Assembly: GCA_000002435.2 (NCBI GenBank)
Contig: CM018792.1
DNA length: 64,000 nt
Reading direction: 5' to 3' (one strand)
Origin: Giardia intestinalis
Lineage: Eukaryota
Below the pieces are notes generated by a model. It saw only the letters and a program-made list of their open reading frames with translations, did no database searches and was not told the origin of the DNA. The first letter of the stretch is position 1; each line of letters starts with the position of its first letter. This document shows, one piece after another, positions 30,360 to 39,890 of the stretch. Both the position numbers and the translations under genes were made by a program.

Positions 30360-31478
30360 ATGGACGACGAAGGTACAGCCGTTCTTATCCCCTTTACTGT
30401 TAAGTTGGACATCACCAACAGCCAGCTCCTCTGCGGGCCCGAGGACTTGGCCACTCTCTTTATCTGTACGTACGACGGAATGGTCCTTTGTGCAGACATA
30501 CACCTTAGCAGTGCAGAGCCTACGTTTTCCTTTCCGCTCCCGGTCTATGTGGCCTCTGGAGGTGTTGCCTACTTGTCAGGAAGCTTTATCAACGACACGC
30601 AGTACGTTGCTCTTTGGTCCTATGAAAGTGAGCTTGTTTTCTTGACTCGAACGTTTGTACCATCCGTGGACAACTTAGCGAAAACGACCCCCACAGTCTC
30701 CCACAGGGTAGTTCCCTTTGGGAACGGTCATCGAAACATTTCATCTCTTGCTTTCCGGTCCCAAACAGAGCTGTGCTTTGCGGGTACACACGATGGACTA
30801 CTTTATACTATCAATGCAGCAACAGGGGAGATTCATAATTGTACTTACGAGCCAGGGCTCCCTATTACACAGATTTCTCACTTCGATGACAATGTTTACA
30901 CCCTCAATCAGGGTGGAGCTCTTCAGTGCCGCGATGAAACACTCGTCCGGGCAGCTATAAACTCGTTTGTTATCGGAAAGCAGTACATAGTCTATGGTTC
31001 CTTTTCAGTGGTTGTTTCTATGAATAGCAGGGCCGCTCTAGGAGATACAAACTCCACTAGTTTAGATATTGCACTGGATAGCCCGATCTCCACTATAACA
31101 CAGCTTAATTTACAGTCGCTGTCTAGCGACATAGAGACGGAGTTGTTGAAGCGCTTGAAAGTTCCTACATGTTTCACAGAAGTGATCCCAGATCCCACAT
31201 ACCACAGAGACTATGAGCACTTTCTGATAGGAACTATCTCTGGCAGTCTCTTTGTACTTCAGGTATGCCACTCTGCCCGAACAAAGAAGCTTAGTGCGGT
31301 GTTGCATAAAGTTCCTATTCCTGCAGCTGTGGCACACGAAAGAAAAATAACACAGATATTAGGCTACACGAAGAATGGCTTAGTTACTTTGCTATTTGAC
31401 GATTCATTTGTGGCCAGGTACTATCTTGTGAGCACTTGTGAGGCCCAAAGTAACCATGAAATTATGCTGAGCTTATGA
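30360..31478 (+). CDS. Hypothetical protein, possibly a beta-propeller.
   Basis: 372-aa ATG ORF with the classical initiator GTAATTAAAATG. Beta-strand-rich repeats (AGTHDGLLYTINAATGEI). Confidence 0.6.
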   Translation: MDDEGTAVLIPFTVKLDITNSQLLCGPEDLATLFICTYDGMVLCADIHLSSAEPTFSFPLPVYVASGGVAYLSGSFINDTQYVALWSYESELVFLTRTFVPSVDNLAKTTPTVSHRVVPFGNGHRNISSLAFRSQTELCFAGTHDGLLYTINAATGEIHNCTYEPGLPITQISHFDDNVYTLNQGGALQCRDETLVRAAINSFVIGKQYIVYGSFSVVVSMNSRAALGDTNSTSLDIALDSPISTITQLNLQSLSSDIETELLKRLKVPTCFTEVIPDPTYHRDYEHFLIGTISGSLFVLQVCHSARTKKLSAVLHKVPIPAAVAHERKITQILGYTKNGLVTLLFDDSFVARYYLVSTCEAQSNHEIMLSL

Positions 31479-31504
31479 GTAGAATATCTGGCTATGAAAA
31501 TCAA

Positions 31505-33559
31505 TTAAGACCGTTGGAACTCAGAGACTTCATTCTGTGAGAACTGATTCTTTAGACATGCATGGGCAAATATCCCTTCCATGGTTATGCGGTCTTTGGG
31601 AGAGTGCTCTAAGCATAGCAGTATAAGTTCTCTTAGCTCTGGAGAAACGTGCAGGTCGTCAGCCTCTATGACATACCTCTTTTCGGCCACAGTATTCAGC
31701 AGTGCCAGTGGGTGGTTATCTACGTACCTATCCAACGGGTGGTATCCAGCAGCCATTTCAAACAAGATACACCCGATGCTCCAGACATCTGCGACTCTGT
31801 GAAGTTCTGTCTTCTTATTATCCATAGTTCTACCAATGGTAAGCATTATCTCCGGAGCCATGTACTTCGGAGTGCCAGCTATGGTGTCTGTGACGGCACA
31901 GGTTGTGTCCTGTTGCATTGCTTTGGATATGCCAAAGTCAATAAGCCTCAAGCGGCCCTTGTAGAACATGAAGTTCTGGGGCTTAAGATCGCAATGTATA
32001 TAACCCTGCATATGCATCCTGTGAAGTACTGTTATCATGTCATAGAGAAGAGAAAGAATCTTGCTCTCAGGGAGCAAGTTGCAAGGGTGTAGGGGTCCAA
32101 CAACTCTGTCCCTTTTTACAGATTTAAATTCCTTCATAAAGCTTCTTAAATCTGTGTCTCCCAGCTCCATTACGATCAGGGCATACCGTCGCAGAAAAGG
32201 ATTGTGTTTAGTAACTACTTGACAGTCCACTAAATCTAGACATATTCCCTTTCCTTTCAACCGCTTCATAATCTCTATTTCATCTATCATTGCTTTATAA
32301 TTGGTCTTTTCTTCTTTTTCATTATAATTGTTCCCCTTTTGACTCCACAGCAGCTTGATGGCGCAGAGCTTCCCGCTGGGTTGCAATGCCTTATAGACAT
32401 GCCCGTACCCGCCAGCACCAATCTGTTCTATTACAAGGTGGACCTTCTTATTTATATAAAGTATTTGGACAGGGATCTTTCTGAATAAAAGGGCTAGTGA
32501 GCTCATATACTTTTCAAGAAACTTCAACGCTTTTGTGTAATCAGGGTCGTCGATGTCATGGACGCGCGCGACTGTTCCGTCGGAGTTCTGACGGGTTGAA
32601 GGCGCAGTAATGGCCGCTCGAGACTCGCCTGCCATGGTTGGTTGGTTTGAAGTAGTGTATGTTACATTTTGGCTCGTTAGACTGACCATTGGAATACGAT
32701 ACTGCTGAGAACCAGTGTTGACGGGCTGCAAGTCTGGTACCTGCGGCGCACAAGGGTAAACCACTTGCTTTGTTGGCAGCTTTTCTAAAACCTGCCCAGT
32801 AACGGGGGGAAGAGGGATATTTGTATTGGCGGCGTCGCCAGATTGAAAATCAATTGTAGTGTTGTAGTTTATGTCTGTTTGGCCGAATATTCCCTTGCGA
32901 AGAGATTGACTTGGTTTCTTTTGCACTGCAGCTGATTGGGGCGTTGAAGAAGTGGGCACCAGCGGAGTAAGTACTTCAGATGGAGGTGTTGTGGCCACGA
33001 CGACTTTTGTTTCTGACTTTACCTCTGTGGACCCGAGTGTTTTGTTATACTGGAACTCCTTATTATCTAAGATAGTCATCTGCTGTGTAAGCCCTAAAAC
33101 TTTAGTTGCAGCTGTATCGATGGTCTGAGGAGATGCAGACCTTTTGGTTGATTGGTCATTAGACGATCTCTTGCTACTTGTGCTGTAGCTTGCATAGTTG
33201 AGTTTCTTCTGTGGCGGTTCTTCTAGAAAGATTGGACTTTTCTTAATCACAGTATTCTCTGCCTCTTTCTTTAATGGTGCGACCACGTGCTGCACAGAGC
33301 TGTGCTGTCGTTGTAAATGGCTCGGCTTTGGAGGATGAGCAACACCTCTGACTTCATTCTGTCCTACAGGAGTTACACAGGCCTTTGTATCGGCAAGTGA
33401 GCTACTACTCTCCTCTTGGTCGCCCTCTGTAGCATCCGGAGTTGTTGGGACCTCCTTTGCAATATCACGGGTCCAGTTGAAGTAGCCTCTCATTGGCCGA
33501 TACCCCCTGTCTGCTGGCGGATCTCCGTCTTTGGGGACGCTCCCCGGTGCACCAAACAT
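31505..33559 (-). CDS. MPS1: Mps1/TTK-like dual-specificity protein kinase, with a low-complexity S/T/P/Q-rich N-terminus and a C-terminal kinase domain.
   Basis: [10 protein letters not shown] Gly-loop, AIK Lys, HCDLKPQN catalytic loop. The [30 protein letters not shown] activation segment closely parallels the Mps1/TTK hallmark [42 protein letters not shown] follows. Confidence 0.65.
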   Translation of the reverse strand: [684 protein letters not shown]

Positions 33560-33719
33560 AGATTGGTCAAAAGGAAAGAATCAATGGCAACTTGTAATTA
33601 TTAAAGTAGTTCGGAAGAGTGCTTCATATTCTCTCACGCTAGAGGGAAGCGAGAACATAGTAAGCCAGCTTAATAAGCCCGACTAAACAAACGCGGTCAA
33701 ACAAAAAACAAAAAAAGGC

Positions 33720-36347
33720 ATGCTTATTACGTTGTCGTTCGCGGTGACCTTGCTTGCAGAATGCCGCATGCCTTACGCGCGGGCGACCTACCCCATTTCG
33801 TCTGCAAGAGGATGCATTGAGGCTCCGCTTCTCACAGAGGAGGTCTTTTATCAGACACAGGAGGCTCTTGAAGCCATGCTCCCCATGAACGTCTTCGTTG
33901 ATATTTGTAAGAAGCCACCAGCGCCGTACGAACACCTAGCTACAGACACCGAGGCCAGTCTTTCTCTCATACGCGAGAAATATTCCAAGCTCATCGGAAA
34001 AGCAACTGCCTGGGAATACCACGAGGCATTGGCCAAGACTTTCCGTGACTTAAAGGATGCGCATAGCCTATATGTCAAGCCGTCATTTTTTGGTCATTTC
34101 CGATTGGCCTTTCCTCTGGCTTTCAATGTCAGTAAGACTGGGTCGGTGACGTTCACCGATCTTCCCACATCTGTACGGTATATTTCTGAGTCATACACTC
34201 AGATGTTTTCGGTGAATCTTGCCGATTATATAGGCGCAGAAATACTAACAATAAATAATGAGAAGCCGCTTCTTTACCTGGCCAAGTGGGCTGACAAGTA
34301 TGTTTATTCGACAAAATCGTCCCATGGCCGCCTCAACTCTTTGCTGTCAGGTGATTTTTATGCTAGGTCTCTCAAGGTCTTCGGGCTGCCGGAGCAGGGT
34401 GATGAAAACCTTGTGTTCACTCTTGTTGACGGCAGGAGCGTTATTCTTCGCTTCTCAATCTACTCTGACACCATCTTTAACTCCGAGGATGATGCCGTCC
34501 GGGCGTACATGCGCTGCATCTCGCTTAGCACCCCCTACACTCTTTCAGGAGACAACAATGCTTCTGAGCCTACTGCTTTTGAGAAGTTACAGAGTGAGGA
34601 GACTGCTGGGTACCTGATAGGCGTTCGTGATGCCATACTTCGTGCTACGCGTGGAAGGGGGCTTAGCCACCCCAGCGACTACAAGGCATATGCCCGATTT
34701 ATGGACGAGGAAGTATCCAGGTCAGGCATACAATACTCGAAATACTCTCACACTTCATTGGCGCACTTTAGCTATAACAGTTCGCAGAGATCCGAGTCAG
34801 AGTATGAATATATCAAGGGTGACGATATGTTCTCACTTTACAAGTATACATCAAAGAGCACTATTTCTAACCAGGATAATGTGTACATCCTTGCTGTTTA
34901 CTCCTTCAGTCCGATGGATATGGCAACCACCATTAACAACATCGTCGATGCTCTGGATATTCTCCGCGAACGTCCCATCTCTCAGCTGATGGTCGTTCTG
35001 AATGGGAACGGTGGAGGCATCGTCACCATGGGCCATCTTCTTGGTCGTGCGCTGTTCCCTAGCAACTATCCCATCTACGGAGCATACAATATCAGGGCCA
35101 ACCGGATTATGGACGCACTTGTCAAGGCAAAGTCCTGGTTCACTCTCATGCATCGCACTGACCCGTGGTCTGGGGCTAACATGACCATTGGAGACAGCGC
35201 CACAGATACAACTGACTGGTACTTTAAGAACCAGGAGACGTATCCGGAGATCGATGAGCTCGTTTATAACGGACGCCGCACAGCAAGATTCAGCCAGCGA
35301 TTTGCCTTTGATGACGATCTTGAACCGGATCTTCAGCAGTCATTGCTGCGCTTCTATAAGTTTAGAGGTTTAGACCTATCTCCTGATAGGGTTGCTATAG
35401 TGACAGACGGAACCTGCGGGTCCACGTGTGCGACATTTGCCAAACATCTTCTTGAAGCCAAGAGGTGCCTTGCTATCGGACTTGGTGGGACCACAGGACT
35501 ATCAGAGTACAGTGATGATCCATACGATGTGGCGTCGTTCTCGGGAGGCACAGTTGAGGATTCACAATCTCTGCAGTTCGCAGTTGAGGAACTTATCATG
35601 AATCCTCCAGAGGACGGTCTAGACAACATGGACGTGCTCACAAAGCTCCGCATACCAACGGACGCGTATGCCAGATTTGCGTTCCATCAGCTCTTCAGCT
35701 GGGATATCAAGACGCACGACTGGAAGAGCTATACGCCCCTCGAGTACACACCGGTTCCGGTGCACGCTGTTCTTCCTATCTACCCCACAGTTGAGAACTG
35801 GCAAGGGCTTGAAGGCATCGACACCTTTGCTGAGGATGTGTATGTCCTCATGCGATCAATAGAGGAAGCCAGTCGCACTAGTAACTGCACCAATGTCCCC
35901 ACATCGCTGTACCATTTTTCAGGCAACGAAACAGCGAGCGCTGGTGCTTGCCCATATCTAGATGACTCCACTCGTGGGGCCTTTAACTGTAACAACAGCT
36001 GCGTCTTTTACGACTGCAAGGTGGGCTTTTATCTCGATCCACTTGCGTATGAAAGAACTAAGCTATGGGAGTGCCAGATGCGCACAGACGTCCACGCTTG
36101 GGACTCATACATTCCTCCTCCAGAAGATCATAGCATGCACTTTGCGCACTACTTGCTTCTCCTCATATTTCTTTGCACTATAGCCCTCTTTGTGTTTATT
36201 ATCATTGCCTCAAAGCGCCCTGACCTCATTAAGAAGTGCATCGCCAAGATGACACCAAAGAAGAAAAAGATGGCGGGAAACAACATAGAAACCGAGATAG
36301 GCCTGCTCTCCCATGAGTCCAGTGAAATAAAGAGCGACACAGTCTAA
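33720..36347 (+). CDS. S41 (C-terminal-processing/tail-specific) peptidase-like type I membrane protein.
   Basis: N-terminal signal-like MLITLSFAVTLLA. VVLNGNGGGIV matches the S41 DLRxNxGG motif. DGTCGSTCATFAKHLLEAKRCLAIGLGGTTG aligns with Prc NRFSASASEIFAAA...GEPTFGKG, but the catalytic-Lys position reads TTG rather than FGKG. C-terminal TM helix LLLLIFLCTIALFVFIII plus a basic tail. Very A-rich upstream (AACAAAAAAACAAAAAAAGGC). Confidence 0.5.
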   Translation: MLITLSFAVTLLAECRMPYARATYPISSARGCIEAPLLTEEVFYQTQEALEAMLPMNVFVDICKKPPAPYEHLATDTEASLSLIREKYSKLIGKATAWEYHEALAKTFRDLKDAHSLYVKPSFFGHFRLAFPLAFNVSKTGSVTFTDLPTSVRYISESYTQMFSVNLADYIGAEILTINNEKPLLYLAKWADKYVYSTKSSHGRLNSLLSGDFYARSLKVFGLPEQGDENLVFTLVDGRSVILRFSIYSDTIFNSEDDAVRAYMRCISLSTPYTLSGDNNASEPTAFEKLQSEETAGYLIGVRDAILRATRGRGLSHPSDYKAYARFMDEEVSRSGIQYSKYSHTSLAHFSYNSSQRSESEYEYIKGDDMFSLYKYTSKSTISNQDNVYILAVYSFSPMDMATTINNIVDALDILRERPISQLMVVLNGNGGGIVTMGHLLGRALFPSNYPIYGAYNIRANRIMDALVKAKSWFTLMHRTDPWSGANMTIGDSATDTTDWYFKNQETYPEIDELVYNGRRTARFSQRFAFDDDLEPDLQQSLLRFYKFRGLDLSPDRVAIVTDGTCGSTCATFAKHLLEAKRCLAIGLGGTTGLSEYSDDPYDVASFSGGTVEDSQSLQFAVEELIMNPPEDGLDNMDVLTKLRIPTDAYARFAFHQLFSWDIKTHDWKSYTPLEYTPVPVHAVLPIYPTVENWQGLEGIDTFAEDVYVLMRSIEEASRTSNCTNVPTSLYHFSGNETASAGACPYLDDSTRGAFNCNNSCVFYDCKVGFYLDPLAYERTKLWECQMRTDVHAWDSYIPPPEDHSMHFAHYLLLLIFLCTIALFVFIIIASKRPDLIKKCIAKMTPKKKKMAGNNIETEIGLLSHESSEIKSDTV

Positions 36348-36435
36348 GCTCTATTCTCAGTATCTATGTTGGGAAACAAAAAACAAAGCAAGCCAGTAAA
36401 TTCGTGTTGACTCGTCCTTACTGACAAGGCTGCAC

Positions 36436-39400
36436 ATGCGACTCTGGCTGGCGGACTACCATGTTGTGTCGCTGGTATCACAAACTCCATTTTCTAGCAC
36501 CCATAGGGTTACTTCACGTGACACTAAACAGAATTTCCTTGCGGAGACGATCGACATGCGGAAGTTATCCTCTGATGAGCAGCACCGCTTTCGGGAGTAT
36601 GTCGAACTATATCGGCGCTGCAATTGCAACAACCTTATGCGGATTTACAAGATTGTTGAGAATAAGAACAAGCAGCGAATAACAATCGTAATGGAGCAGT
36701 ATGGAACGGTGACCCTTGCAGACATATATGAGTCTTACAAGAAGGCGGGCCTAGCGGTTCCCGAGCCTGTCCTCTGGAACACTGTAGCCCAAATAACAGT
36801 CGCCCTCAATGCGCTGCTAGAACAGGATAAGTCCTTTCAACATGCAAATATACACCCTTCTAACTGTTTTATTGATCAAAGCACGGGGATCCTACGCTTG
36901 GGGCTCTTCCTACCATTTTTGCTGAAATATGAGAAGGAAGAGCAGAGCACTAGAGAAAGCATTACGGGGTTAATAGAGCGGGTGCAGAAGAAGCTGCATG
37001 GAACTAGTGTAACCCATGCTAGCTGTGTCCAGAACTTTGCAGACTACGGTCAAAGACTGACGCTTGTCTTGCCCCCAGAAGTGTTCCAAGGCCAAGGAAT
37101 ACTTCCTGTCTCTGACATGTGGATGCTTGGGTGCTTGTTATTTGAGGGCTGCAACGGCTCAAATCCGTTTTTGGAAGGGGTCAGCACTATTTCTTCCGTG
37201 ACCAATCCGCCCTATAACAAAAGGTGTGATGAAGCATCAGAATCATTTGCTAAATATAATGGTGCCATAAGTGATCACACACAGTACTTCATCTCAGAAC
37301 GTCCAAGTGCACTGTTAGAGCTTAATTGCAACGCTAAAAGCAAGGGGGTCCATGATGATTGCCCCGATATCACCCTGGTGGATAGTCAGGATACTCCTCG
37401 ATCAATCCCTACTGTTCCCCACACCTCTTTAGCATCTATGGCTATTCTCCCGTCTATCAGCTTTGCCACAGCCTCTATGAACAAGGATACTAGTTTTGAG
37501 AGCATGCTCACTGAGACGTCACATGCTCAATATAACTTTGAGCAGTTTGTTCAACACGTGCTTACTGGAAAGAGAGCCCCAACGAATCCCGCTTACTCTC
37601 GAAATCTCCAGATGATGATAAATCTTTGTCTAAATCAAAATATAAAAACACGCGTGACGTTAGACACACTCTGTCGACATCCACTAATAGTCAAATTTTT
37701 GACGAGCTCTCGAGATGAAATGGTAGCCCGAGGCAAACTGGTTCTGTATACTGTACCTCAAGACCAGCTCCGAACGACAAAACGAATTAGTATCTCAGAC
37801 CTCAAGGAGGAGGCTTCTTCGGAACAATTTCTGGATAACATGAGACAGTCAGAGTCATTGATGCTCTGTCCCATCACAGAACCAGATGCTTCTGATTTTC
37901 CTTCAAGAGAGCTTAAGCACTTGTTTATAGAACGGAATTCAAGGATCAATGGCTGGAATAATGTTGGCCAAAAGGCGTATCTCACCGAACCGGATGATCA
38001 GGAGGAGTCGAGTGATTTATTTCCGGATGAGTTCGAGGCTCTGTGTACCACAAATCTCAGCACAACAAGCGATTCATGCACACAGTCGGAGAGCAGCAAC
38101 GAGAATAATGTTGTTTGTGACTTCGACAACCTTATTAGTGGGAAGAAAGAGGAGGAACCCTTTACAATACTCATGATTGCAGCCCTTAAGAACGACATAG
38201 ACCTTATCAAAGAGAACCGGAAGAGCGACCTTCGTAGGCGGTGCCCATCAGGAAAAACTGCTCTGATGTTTGCTGCGCAACAAGGACACACAGAGGCCGT
38301 TCAGTTGCTCCTCAAGGAAGCTGGGATGAAAAAGCGTAGCGGGAAGACCGCCCTCATGATAGCTGCTGAGCTTGGTCACCACAGTGTCGTCTCTCTGCTG
38401 GTTAAGGTTGAGGGAGGAATCCAGGACAAGGATTTGTGGACAGCCCTCATGAGGGCGGCCTGGTTTGGCCACTCTCTATGCTGCGAATATCTTGTGACTG
38501 AAGAAGGAAGATTTACCCGGAGAAACGGATGGACAGCGCTTATGTGCGCTGCATACCGCGGGCACGCAAACGTATGCAGAGTCTTGGCCCCACGAGAAGC
38601 AGAGATGTATACAGACGCTGGTTACACCGCTCTCATGTACGCTGCTCGCTACGGGCATTACGAGTGCTGTAAGGTGCTTGCTCGCTATGAGACTGGCATG
38701 AAGAATAGGCATAGGCAAACAGCGCTAACAATAGCTGCAGAGCGCATGCACGGAGACATTGCTATGCTCTTGCTAAATGCAGAAACAGAAGCTTGTGAAC
38801 AAAGGGATAGGTCCCTCCGACTTTCACAATCCAAAATGAGTCACTGTACTCCCTGTGGATCTATTCGGAACTCTCCACACGGTGGTTCAGTCGGGCCTAT
38901 GACACCCTATAGACCCTTTGGAACTACATCCAAACAGGGAACAGAACCAAGCAACACATCGATAGAAAGGGACAGACTACACCTTTCAGATCTGTACAAA
39001 AGCGAAACTGCAGTAACTCGTTCGGACACACACCGGAAAAAGGAGACGGGAGATTCAGCATCTTATGTGTCTTCTATGGAAAAGGCGTCATCTCTCTCCC
39101 TCTCTGTAAAGAGCTCCTTTGTTGGCGGATCCTTCTATAAATCTGATAGTGCAGCAAGTAGTAGAGTCGTTAGTAGACCTGAAAGTGCAGACAAGAGACT
39201 TACAAAGTCAGTGTTATCTACACCCACCTTACGGTTGAACTCTCTATTGAGCGGGCATGTAAAGCCCACTCTAAGACAGAGAAGCGATTTCCGGACCAAC
39301 TGTACAATTCTCACAAAGCAGTCAGAAACTTATACAGAAATGATGACAGCTGCTCTGAAAGAGGATTTGCGGGAGATAAATAGACTGATATCGCGACAAG

Positions 39401-39876
39401 CTGCCATTCAAACAGAAAGGGGGAGAACATGTCTCATGCTCTGTGCAGAGAAAGGGCTAGCCCATTCTGTAAGATTGCTAGTCGGACGCGAAGCAGGAAT
39501 GCAAGACAACTCTGGTTGGACAGCGCTCATGAATGCCGCAGTTTCTGGAAAGGAAAACGTGGTCCCCCTTTTGTCAACTTCAGAAGCCAGGATGCAGGAT
39601 CACGTGGGGAATACAGCGATGATGTTTGCCGCTCGCTATGGCCATATTAACATAGTCAAGGCTTTGATGTGCTATGAATTAGGAATAAAAGATAGAAATG
39701 GATGGACAGCTCTGCTGCACGCCGTGGATGCAGATCAGTTGGAGTGTGTGAAGCTACTAGTTGGAGGAGAGTTTAGTATGTGTGATAACTATCAGTCGTT
39801 GGCTATAGATTACTGCAAAGAAGGTCCCGTAAAAGACGTCCTACTGAACCATTACATGTGCAGCCTACAAACGTAG
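36436..39876 (+). CDS. NEK-like pseudokinase fused to two blocks of ankyrin repeats.
   Basis: N-terminal kinase-like fold lacking a Gly-loop, VAIK and HRD (reads ANIHPSNCF) but retaining LPPEVFQGQGILPVSDMWMLGCLLFE. ANK blocks (GKTALMFAAQQGHTEAVQLLL...; GWTALMNAAVSGKENVVPLL...). Confidence 0.7.
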   Translation: MRLWLADYHVVSLVSQTPFSSTHRVTSRDTKQNFLAETIDMRKLSSDEQHRFREYVELYRRCNCNNLMRIYKIVENKNKQRITIVMEQYGTVTLADIYESYKKAGLAVPEPVLWNTVAQITVALNALLEQDKSFQHANIHPSNCFIDQSTGILRLGLFLPFLLKYEKEEQSTRESITGLIERVQKKLHGTSVTHASCVQNFADYGQRLTLVLPPEVFQGQGILPVSDMWMLGCLLFEGCNGSNPFLEGVSTISSVTNPPYNKRCDEASESFAKYNGAISDHTQYFISERPSALLELNCNAKSKGVHDDCPDITLVDSQDTPRSIPTVPHTSLASMAILPSISFATASMNKDTSFESMLTETSHAQYNFEQFVQHVLTGKRAPTNPAYSRNLQMMINLCLNQNIKTRVTLDTLCRHPLIVKFLTSSRDEMVARGKLVLYTVPQDQLRTTKRISISDLKEEASSEQFLDNMRQSESLMLCPITEPDASDFPSRELKHLFIERNSRINGWNNVGQKAYLTEPDDQEESSDLFPDEFEALCTTNLSTTSDSCTQSESSNENNVVCDFDNLISGKKEEEPFTILMIAALKNDIDLIKENRKSDLRRRCPSGKTALMFAAQQGHTEAVQLLLKEAGMKKRSGKTALMIAAELGHHSVVSLLVKVEGGIQDKDLWTALMRAAWFGHSLCCEYLVTEEGRFTRRNGWTALMCAAYRGHANVCRVLAPREAEMYTDAGYTALMYAARYGHYECCKVLARYETGMKNRHRQTALTIAAERMHGDIAMLLLNAETEACEQRDRSLRLSQSKMSHCTPCGSIRNSPHGGSVGPMTPYRPFGTTSKQGTEPSNTSIERDRLHLSDLYKSETAVTRSDTHRKKETGDSASYVSSMEKASSLSLSVKSSFVGGSFYKSDSAASSRVVSRPESADKRLTKSVLSTPTLRLNSLLSGHVKPTLRQRSDFRTNCTILTKQSETYTEMMTAALKEDLREINRLISRQAAIQTERGRTCLMLCAEKGLAHSVRLLVGREAGMQDNSGWTALMNAAVSGKENVVPLLSTSEARMQDHVGNTAMMFAARYGHINIVKALMCYELGIKDRNGWTALLHAVDADQLECVKLLVGGEFSMCDNYQSLAIDYCKEGPVKDVLLNHYMCSLQT

Positions 39877-39890
39877 AGTGGCACCAGCCT

